Source: Dirinaria sp. TL-2023a
Lineage: Eukaryota
Reading direction: 5' to 3'
NCBI GenBank assembly: GCA_051941275.1
Contig: JAVEBF010000050.1
Span: 1-39,340 of the forward strand
Length of the DNA: 39,340 nucleotides
Shown: piece by piece, positions 27,901-37,708 of the stretch
Layout: each line of letters begins with the position of its first letter
Position numbering within the stretch: position 1 is the stretch's first letter
Made by a program: the position numbers and the translations under genes
The notes under the pieces: model-generated
The model's database searches: none
What the model saw: the letters and a program-made list of their open reading frames with translations, nothing else
What the model was told of the DNA's origin: nothing

Positions 27901-30024
27901 GAACTTTGAATTTGTTACCCAGTTACGCCGGGCTAGCGTAATTGTACGGGAAGCCCAAGACTCAGGTGGAGCCGTTTACGTCAAAGGTGCTCCTGAGTGT
28001 ATGGTGGATATTTGTAACCCAGCCAGCTGTACGTATATCCTCGAGGCCCAACTTAGCATTCCACTGATCACCACGATATCCACAGTTCCAACAGATTATG
28101 AGGATCTTCTAGCATTTTACACTCATCGGGGCTTCCGTGTCATTGCTTGCGCAACCAAACGCTTCCAAAAACTTACTCCGAAGATGGTCAAAAAGGTGAA
28201 GAGATCCGACGCCGAAAAGGATTTAGAGTTTATCGGCTTTATTATCTTCGAAAATAAACTGAAGCCATCAAGCGAAGGAGTTATCAAAGAGCTTCATGAA
28301 GCAAACATTCGACAGATCATGTGTACTGGAGACAACATACTTACTGCGATATGCGTCGCAAGGGAGAGTTCATTGATCGACCGAACAGCTCATTGTTTCG
28401 TCCCACATTTTGTTGAGGGTATGTATCTTGTTATAGATGAGACCTACGACGCTGACGCTCAGTGAGGTGGAGTGCAAGACTTCAAAACTCGTCTTAAATG
28501 GCAGAGCGTGGACAACCCTTTGTTCGAGCTAGACGACGAAACCCTGACTGTAAGCTCTCTGCTGGTTATCGAGTACACCGTTGACATCTGTAGCCGTTGC
28601 CACCACCAGTGGAAGGTGACGCGTCGCTGCCTTACGAAATGTCAAATATCCGAAATTATACCCTTGCCGTGAGTGGTGATGCTTTCAGGTGGATCATCGA
28701 GTATGGCAGTGACGAAATGTTGCAGAGGGTAGGTATCGCTCGCTGAACCAACGATGATATGGGCTAATAATGATCAGATGTTGGTTTGTGGTCAAGTGTT
28801 TGCGAGAATGTCACCTGATGAGAAACATGAATTGATCGAGAGACTTCAGAGCATAGACTATTGCTGTGGTTTCTGTGGCGATGGTGCTAATGACTGCGGT
28901 GCTTTGAAGGCAGCAGACGTTGGGATCTCTCTATCCGAAGCAGAGGCGTCAGTTGCAGCTCCCTTCACAAGCCGTATCTTCAACACCTCTTGCGTTCCTC
29001 AAATCGTCCGGTAAATGGAAAGCCAGCTCTCTTTCGAAACTTTCACTAACAATTGTATAGGGAGGGACGTGCAGCGCTTGTAACGAGTTTTTGCTGTTTC
29101 AAGTACATGAGCTTATATTCAGCAATTCAGTTCACCACTGTGAGCTTTTTGTATGCTTCAGCATCTAACTTAGGGGACTTCCAAGTATGAAAGCCACGAT
29201 GTCGTCGCCCAAAAAGACTAACGCTACATTCTAGTTCCTTTACATTGACCTGTGCTTGATTTTGCCCATTGCAATTTTCAGTAAGCGGCCTCCTATCTCA
29301 TCGATGCACGCTTACATCTCTGACACTACGCCAGTGGGCTGGACAGGTCCTTATCCCATTCTGTCCCGCAAGCGACCGACTGCAAGCCTCGTGTCTCGGA
29401 AGATCCTCATCCCATTGCTTGGACACGTTGCTTTCTGCATCTTGGTACAGCTTATTGGCTTCAAATCTGTTCAACGACAAACATGGTCAGATCAAATGTC
29501 AATGTAGGTTTAAAGGAAGTTATGCTGACTTATCTTAGGTTCATACCTCCAAAATTGGACAAGGAACATTCGAATATCTCCAACTCGGAAAATACAACCC
29601 TTTTCCTGCTGTCCTGCTATCAGTATATACTGTCCGCTCTCATTCTCAGCAGTGGTCCACCATTTAGACAATCGATGACAAAAAACCGTAAGATTTCTAT
29701 TGGACGCTAAGGGATGTAAGAGGGCTAAATTATGTAGTGCCCTTGGTCGTGACTATCGTAACAACTGTTCTCTTCTCCTCCTATATGCTTTTCGATCCAG
29801 CAAAAGCGCTCGCCAGTTTCATGCAGCTGACTCGTATGAGTGCTGAGTTCGAGACATTTGTTCTTGCATTGGCACTAGGAGGATTTGCATGCGGTTGGGT
29901 AGGGGAGCGAAGAGTCTTTCCTTGGCTTGCGCGCGTAGTGGGTAGAAGGCATATCATCCGATGGACTGGTCGTAGGCAGCAACGGAAGCGATACAAGACT
30001 CTATTGGAAGGCATGCGAATATAG
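24957..30024 (+). CDS. YPK9: P5B-type ATPase (Ypk9/ATP13A2-like, putative polyamine transporter), many introns; start approximate
   Basis: [10 protein letters not shown]4 VPPALPATL (P5B signature), phosphorylation site [28 protein letters not shown] and [21 protein letters not shown]. Confidence 0.93.
25847..25865 (+). repeat. A19 homopolymer at the 3' end of an ATPase intron
   Basis: GTCGCT-A19-CAG directly before the exon AATCAATGGGGC. Confidence 0.9.
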
Positions 30025-30624
30025 ATGGTTGCAGCCAATGCCACAGAAGAAATTATAGAAAACAATTTCAGGAAAAAGGACCAGGGCAAGGCGCCGAATC
30101 AAAACGTGGCCGTAGTTGTTCAAGATAACCCTTTATGAGGTGGACCCGAATTGTGCATATGCTCGCAACATGTCAACAATAGCGCATTTGAAATATTTGA
30201 ATATGAAGTATCGAGCTATCACTATATGATAACAGATGTCCGTAGTAAACTATGTCAGAGTCATTGTTTCTATCATATCCATGCTAATCTTTCGGTTCGA
30301 TAGAAAACATCACTGCATCATAAATTTCGCTTAGAGGTTCGTACGAGAGCATACAGTATCATGGATAGCGATCAGTTGAATGTACAATTTTGCTTGTCTG
30401 CCATCGTTTATTGCTGTAGACTCGCCTTAGCCACCGGCTCTAGAAGAGATTCTCCCTCCACCTCACAAACATATCTAACAGAAAAAGGTTATCGAGGGAG
30501 AAATTGTTCAGATGATCAAAGCGACAGCAAGATTGAAACTACTACCTAGGGCTTTAGATTTCGGATTAGAGCGCATTCGATGCAGAGACTATTCAGATCA
30601 TTTATAACTATATGTGTGTATATA

Positions 30625-31135
30625 TAGGTAACCACTATAGCCACACCACCCCCTCTTTGCATATACACCACCTTTGCTTTGCTCATACACCACCCTCTTC
30701 ACTAGATCTATCTAGACAGGATCTATGTCTTATAAAGTAAGCATTTCGCGCTTCGAATCATTACTCTACGCAAAATTCTGCATGTACTTATAGTGACGCT
30801 CTGAGAAACTCGTATTATGGATTTTCCATGTCTTAGCACGGTGTATTGCGAAAGGCATGCTAAATATCTAGAGTTTAGCGTCGATCATAGAGCTTATCCC
30901 CGACCCACGACACTCAGATCATCATGTAACTAGCATCCTCATCATCTATACAGTTTACCCACATTACTAGACATCATCGACCCCATCATTGTTAGTCTCT
31001 AACATTTAGTGACCATACTCGCGCTGTTATGAACTGATTATCATGTTAGACATAGATCCTCCCTAAATAGCTCTATCTACTGAAGAAGGTGGTGTATATG
31101 CAAAGAGGGGGTGGTGTGGCTATAGTGGTCACCTA
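30625..31135. mobile_element. Non-autonomous TIR DNA transposon (MITE-like, Tc1/mariner-pogo type)
   Basis: About 50-bp terminal inverted repeats (30625-30674 versus 31086-31135) with one mismatch. Both ends abut TATA runs (TA target). ACACCACC is repeated three times at the left end. No intact ORF. Confidence 0.88.
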
Positions 31136-31287
31136 TATATATAGTATGTGGAGATTTGATGGTGAGAAATGTTCTGATACGATCCTACCTACCTTAGGTA
31201 CTCGCACGGTACCTTCCTTACCTCCTTACATTACTTTGCTCCTTAGGTACCTACCTTAGGTACCTTACCTCGCCTACTGTTTAACAG

Positions 31288-31614
31288 CGGGAGGGTCCCT
31301 TCAAAATGATCTTGTACCGCAATCGTATTAAATAGTCCTGGCAAAAATATATCCTGAGCTTTGAAATATTCTGATGACGTTCTCAGTAAATTCTCAATTT
31401 GAGCGCATCTCAGTCTTGAGAGATCTCAAGATACCATGAGGTTCTGAGATGTCTCGTATTAAGCTGTAATGTACAAAGTTTTCAAAAAAATCCGTGTTCT
31501 TCAAAGATTTTAAATTACTCGACTGTTTTACTGCTGATCATCTTAGTATGCTTTCCATTTCAATTTGAGACGCCCTAAAATCATCCTAGGATTATTTTGG
31601 GAACTCCCTCTCCG
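31288..31614. repeat. Degenerate palindrome-rich element (possible old MITE)
   Basis: Imperfect terminal IR (GGGAGGGTCCCTTCAAAATGATC / GATTATTTTGGGAACTCCCTCTCCG), internal hairpin TCTTGAGA-GA-TCTCAAGA, stem CATCTCAG/CTGAGATG and near-palindrome AAAATCATCCTAGGATTATTTT. Confidence 0.4.
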
Positions 31615-31643
31615 GCCCCCCGGGGCCCTTAATGTACATACCC

Positions 31644-31785
31644 TACTCGTACTCACCTACTTTCTTGGGAGGGTTAGGGTTACCACCCACCAAGCCTTTT
31701 CCAACCCTACCTTACTTAGGGTTATGGCGCTGTTGGTGTGGTAACCCTAACCCTCCCAAGAAAGTAAGATAGGTGAGTACGAGTA
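31644..31785. repeat. 142-bp foldback element carrying telomere-like GGGTTAGGGTTA
   Basis: The left arm TACTCGTACTCACCTA-CTTTCTTGGGAGGGTTAGGGTTACCAC is the exact reverse complement of the right arm apart from a 5-nt bulge. An inner AACCCTA/TAGGGTT stem is present and both ends are TA. Confidence 0.85.
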
Positions 31786-32077
31786 CCTTTTCTCAAACGC
31801 GTCTGTGCCTTGGCGATTGACTCCAGCTACTTACCTTTAGTCCAGGGCGTCTCGCCACTATTAGAAGTATCGCAGAAGGAGGGATCGACTCGGCAAATAC
31901 GATTCCTCATAACGAAAATCGATAGTAAAGTATTGTGGCGATGTGTACTTACATTGATGAGTTTCAAGTATACTTTTAATCTCGGTCTCATCTCATTTAT
32001 TCAAGCAATGATGGGTTTACTATCCGTCTCATCCTCAAATTTGCCTTAGTCTGGACCAAGATCATTGTCACGTAGAT

Positions 32078-33269
32078 ATGGACTACGGTGATCACACATC
32101 TTAGGCATGCTTATAGGGTATCTAGCTAATCCGGCCAGTAAAGATTGGATCCTGGACCGCGGTTACCTACCTCAATGTGTCATTCGATATGGGATTCGTC
32201 GCCAGCTTACAGAGCGCCTCCGATCAATCCAATGTACTTCGCTCGAGGAAGTCTACAGAGTTAAGATGCAATACGTTCAGAGGCTACGTAACCGTCCGAT
32301 TGCCATCGAGACGGCAAAAGCCAACGCGCAGCACTATGAGGTCGGAACAGGTATTCTGCAAGCTTGCTTAGGGCCTCGAATGAAATACAGTTGTTGTCTC
32401 TACCCCACAGGCAGAGAAAGCCTTGGCCAGGCTGAGGTAGAGATGCTTGATAGTTATATTGAGAAGGCGGGCCTGGCGAATAGACAAAAGATACTGGACC
32501 TTGGGTGTGTGTCTTGAAATTATCGCGTGGTATAACAATTGCTGATGCTTGATCTCTGAAGTTGTGGCTGGGGTTCCTTAGCATTGTATATTGCCGAAAC
32601 CTTCCCCACAGCGCATGTCACAGCATTCTCGAACTCACAAACACAAAAGCACTACATCGACAACCAAATTAGTGAGAAAGGACTCACAAATATATCGGTC
32701 ATAACAGGGAACGTGGTTGACTACGAGTTTGAACCTGCGAGCTTTGACCGAGTTGTATCTATTGAGCTTTTCGAACACATGAAGAACTACGAGCTACTAA
32801 TGGCGAAGGTAGCAAGGGCGTTGAAGCACGGAGGAAAGCTGTTCCTGCATATATTTGCGCACAGGACCATGCCGTATGATTTTGAGGAGGGCTGGATGAG
32901 CACTCATTTCTTCACCGGTGGGACCATGCCGAGTTCGGATCTGCTTCTTTACTTTCAAGGAAACCTCCAAGTAGAAGAGCAATGGTGGGTGAACGGGAGA
33001 CATTATGCACAGACCTGCGAGGTAAGAAGCAGCGGTGCAGCAGCAGTACATACCTATAACCAGAGCTAATTTGCAGCAAGGATTGGCTCTACAAAATGAA
33101 CGTAAATAAGAAGGAAATTTGGCCACATCTGGAGGAAACATATGGAAAAGGCAATGCTTCGACATGGTTTTACAGATGGCAAATCTTCTATATGGCGTGC
33201 GCGGAACTTTTCGCTTGCGGCCGGGGAGACGTTTGGGGAGTGACACATTACTTATTCCGAAAAGCGTAG
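32078..33269 (+). CDS. SAM-dependent methyltransferase, CFA-synthase / coclaurine N-methyltransferase-like (4 exons; start 32078 or 32107)
   Basis: [31 protein letters not shown] (motif I across an intron), [25 protein letters not shown] and [13 protein letters not shown]. Ends YLFRKA*. Confidence 0.9.
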
Positions 33270-34178
33270 TGAAAATTTAGTCTTTCTATCCCTTCTCGCA
33301 GGCTGCGAAATGCAGCCCTGGGCCTCTTTATGCCACTGGACGTAAACTTGAATGGCCTTCTCCATATCAAATTCCCCTATGATACACCTATGGATTGTCG
33401 GCTTTAATGCCTCATGTTCCACCAGACCCTTGCTTAGATCACGTTCTCTCACATTCGATGTTGTCGGTACACCACGGCACCCATTTTCTTCGATATTGCT
33501 TCAATGGTCCCAAGGGTGTTTCCAGCCTAGCAGTACGGCGCCGTCCTTCTTTGCACGATACATCAGCTATTAATTGTCAGTGAACACTCTGGGAGGGCTA
33601 GCTGGTCAAGTCGCACAAAAAACCACATTGAAGCCCCTAATACTGTTGCAGAGTACCTGTATAGTGGGCGCACCTGTCAAATGATATCCAGTAAGCTTCG
33701 CCAATGACAATAAAACCCGTTGGAGGTCGAACAAGCATGCAGATGGACTTGAAAATTTATAATGATAAGCCACGTACGGGATGGATATGGATGGGGTGGT
33801 CGCCATGCTCATGCTTGGTGGCGAAATCTCGCTTCAGGACTATTTTTGTCTTAGCGAACGGACTTATTCGCGTTCGCAATTGTATGTTCCACACTGCGAG
33901 AGGTGTCCTAGGAGACATTTGGAGGGCACAAACTGCTGGAGATAGACCAGCTTGCTGGATTACTTAACATAAGGTAAGGTACCTAAGGATCTGCGAAGAA
34001 TTGATGCCGTAAGATAATTTACCTTACGGTACCGTACCTACCTTACATTAGCTTCATCTCGGGCCGGCTATTGACGCTTCTGGTCTAGTTCTCCAATTCT
34101 CGCTAAACTGGGATCGACTCCCACAAGTCGGTCTCTGAGTCTCAACAGTCGATCTATAATCTTCTAATACTTACTGTC

Positions 34179-35200
34179 ATGGCTGTCGGAAAGTGAGTAG
34201 CTGGAGAAATCGTTCTCTACATACCTTCACTTAGGTGCAGCGGCATATGGGCCCCAAATGCTAACTCCGGCCCAGGAACAAGCGCCTTTCCAAAGGCAAG
34301 AAAGGCCTCAAGAAGAAGACCCAAGACCCCTTCACCCGTAAAGACTGGTACTCAGTCAAAGTAAGTCTCAAGGATCATTACCAAGGACCGAATCCCTAAC
34401 ATATCGACAGGCGCCTTCCACTTTTCAGATCCGGGAGTATGATCAAAATTAAGCCAATCAAAAACCTAAAACTGAATTTCGAGCAGTGTCGGAAAAACGT
34501 TGGTCAACCGAACAACAGGTCTCAAGAACGCAAACGATGCTCTTAAAGGGAGGATATTCGAGGTCTCTCTCGCCGACCTGCAGAAGGATGAAGATCATGC
34601 TTTCCGCAAAGTCAAGCTTAGGGTAGACGAGATCCAGGGAAAAAATTGTCTCACCAATTTTCATGGCCTCGATTTCACCTCCGACAAACTGCGATCTCTC
34701 GTGCGCAAGTGGCAGACTCTGATCGAGGCCAACATCACGGTCAAGACCACGGATGACTACCTGCTGCGCCTTTTTGCCATTGCATTTACGAAGCGGCGGC
34801 CCAACCAGATCAAAAAAACCACGTACGCACGCTCGTCGCAAATTCGGGCCATCCGCAAGAAGATGGTGGAGATCATTCAGCGCGAAGCATCAAGCTGCTC
34901 CCTATCGCAGATGACAACGAAACTCATCCCCGAGGTCATTGGTCGCGAGATTGAGAAGGCTACCCAGGGCATTTACCCCCTCCAGAATGTACGAACATAT
35001 GGCCCCCGGTCTTTATCGGAAAGTTATCTCTTTGATTATCTACTGACGTTTGCAAGGTCCATATCCGCAAAGTCAAGCTACTGAAAGCCCCCAAATTCGA
35101 CCTTGGTGCACTTCTGAACTTGCACGGGGAGTCAACCACGGACGAGCAAGGTCAAAAGGTAGAGCGGGAATTCAAGGAGCAGGTCTTAGAGAGTGTCTAG
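34179..35200 (+). CDS. RPS1: 40S ribosomal protein eS1 (S3a), 5 exons
   Basis: [84 protein letters not shown] and EQVLESV*. Confidence 0.98.
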
Positions 35201-35691
35201 GTACTACAACACAGGCGGTAGTAGCATTCGGCATTCTGTGGTTGCTATGATCCAAGCGTAGTTGAAACCATTACATTACAACGAACCTAACCGCAAGCAA
35301 GCGTGAAGTAGAGACGCTTTCCACCCGTCAGATCCTCCGTAAATTGATTTGATTCATGGTACCAAAGCGAATGTTCTTAGTCGTGGCTGTCGATCAACTT
35401 TGACCATTAGCGTCTCGTTATAATTCTAGGCTAACCTAATGTTTATGCCTTCAGACATTTGGCACTGAAGATGGGAAAACATGCGCTCAGCACTCGACGC
35501 TACCGGCGCATGCCTTCTTAACTGTATTGTAGCAGCCCATCATATTGCTACATCCGACCGCGATCTTCATGCACAGCTCGATCGGTGTACCAAAACGGTG
35601 GGCCTTCGGGCTCGCTCCTACTAACCATCAATTCCGGGCAAATCACGATAATCGATTCATGGAGCACCTTACTGAAGAGAGGGTCCTTTTT

Positions 35692-36861
35692 CTATTGATT
35701 GACAATCGAGTCATTACGCTTCACGAATTCTACAACGGCTGCGGTTTTTAGGCATGGACCAGGTTGTATTAAGAGAGCAAATACCTTGTCTGAAAGCCTC
35801 TGGCTTTTCTGACATCACCCAATGACCAGAATTGATATCCTTCAGTTCGAACCTTGGAAAAAACTGTCCGATCAGGGGTAGCGCCTCGTCGGCGACGTAG
35901 TGGCTTTTAGTACCTCTTATGAATAATGTAGGCCTATCATACCGTGCTTCGTCCGGATTTTTGAAGGGGAAGTCGCCCATATAATCCAGGCTTACGGCGA
36001 GTGTCTTCAGAGGGATACGTAGGCGGAGATGCTGACTCTTGGGAGATCGGACGAGATTCGTCAAAAGGAATTGACGTATTGGTAAGGCCTGCACACATTT
36101 TATTGAGAAACGGAATGTCCGCAGCCAACGCTGGGAGATGGGACTTGCGACCGACCTCAACATACTTCTTTAGCATATCGTCCGCATCAGCTTGCTTTCT
36201 GACATTAGCATTGTCGATGTCTCTCATGCCCTGTAGATACTTGACGAAATCGCTTGTTAGATTGGCATCAACTGGCGCATTGTCGACAGATATCAATGCG
36301 CCAACAGAATCAGGCGAACGTAAAGCAAGAGTCATCGCTGCCTTCGCGCCCCTTCAAGTTCGTTGGTATCGACACTGATATCGATAATTTTGGTGGTAGC
36401 ATACATCGAATGACCTATCAGTGTAGGCTTCACCAGGTTTTGATTCCACATGAATTCCTCCACGTCATCTGCCATTGACAAGTAGTTGTGCGCAGGGTCA
36501 TGAGGTGAGTCGCCATGATTACGCAAATCCTAAAAACGTTCTAATGTCCTCCTGTCCTGGGAGGGATGCGGTACCGACCAGAGCGTAGACAGGTCTTTCA
36601 AGATCTCGTGCAAATGCTCTAAACAAGTGTGTTGGTGCCCCGTCCTACGATGCAGCTAGGGAAGGAGCACGCGTACTTACTGATACTCCTGTTATTTTGT
36701 TTGGAGCCAAAAAGCCCGTGAAGAATAACTAGTGGAGCGTGCTTAGTTTGTGCTGTGTGCGGAGGCCGATGAAGGGCATAAGCCAAATTGAGACGACGTC
36801 TAGCTACTACTGACAGAGACAGTTTATGGAAGCGGATGCTAACACGGGTTTTAGAATGCAT
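35692..36861 (-). CDS. ABHD11-like alpha/beta hydrolase, probably mitochondrial (multi-exon)
   Basis: Basic/hydroxylated N-terminus, PLVILHGLFGSKQNNRSI, DLRNHGDSPH, nucleophile GHSMG across an intron, VDNAPV, IRQFLLTN and SGHWVMSEKP. Confidence 0.9.
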
Positions 36862-37204
36862 TATTCTAAAAACACTTTATCTCGTCGATGCTCAAAGCTG
36901 TTATCTAAACCACAGCTTCGAGCTCTTACTCCTAAATAGACGGGTTGCAACCACCTCTTGTCCTTTCTTGTCAGGGTTAGGGTTACGGAAAACTTTTTTT
37001 CACCCCACCGAATACCTTCCATCATCACCTATTGCTCAACTGTCCAATAATATACTGCTTCTGGCTGTCTAAAATGTATTATTAAAAAAATCTAAAATGA
37101 TATCTTTTTTAATACGCAAATTTAATGTCAAATGACGCTTCAATTACATTATATACATAGATGATCGGGTCTTAGAAACTCTTAGGACCTGCACAGCACT
37201 CAAT

Positions 37205-37422
37205 TGTTAGGACCGGTGCAGAGCTCACGTCAATGCAGGTATGATTAACTAAGGATATTATCACTGAGGAAAGAAGAAGAGAAGCTAGATACAATAGGGG
37301 GCCCCGAGTTTATATGCGTGTGTGCGGGTGTCGGGTAAACACCCAGATCAGGTTAGCGCATTACCCCCGAGAACCCTGGAAGGTGTTGCCCCAGGTAGTA
37401 TACCAGGTGCATGCTCGTAACA
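37205..37422 (-). mobile_element. Solo LTR (218 bp), probably Ty3/Gypsy type
   Basis: Termini are TGTTA...TAACA, with an exact 5-bp TSD TCAAT at 37200-37204 and 37423-37427. On the minus strand it starts TGTTACG and has a CATATAAA TATA-like box followed by a pyrimidine tract. Confidence 0.85.
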
Positions 37423-37708
37423 TCAATAACATATGGGTACAAATAGACTAGGACACTGTCTATAAAAAAGGAAAGAAAATGAAATCTATCTACAGACAGA
37501 TTTAAATGTGAGCTCGAAACAACATCGATTCGAGAGCGCTAAATCTAATCAGACAAAAACATAATATTTTTAACAAAATATTTAATATAAGACGTATTAA
37601 TCTATTTTATTAGCAGGCATCAATGCGAATTATTATTGAGGAATTCGATCATATTATCAATTAAAACTACCTTTGAATTCGAAGAGCTACTGAGGATTAT
37701 CACTGACG

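Noticed and set aside
31735..31760. Telomerase RNA template (TAACCCTAACCC) or a true chromosome end
   Set aside because: Only two repeat units, embedded in the arm of a foldback element and present in both orientations. No other telomerase RNA features could be identified.
8173..33269. Secondary-metabolite cluster (P450, methyltransferase, hydrolase)
   Set aside because: No PKS, NRPS or terpene backbone gene is present, and the genes are dispersed among core housekeeping loci.
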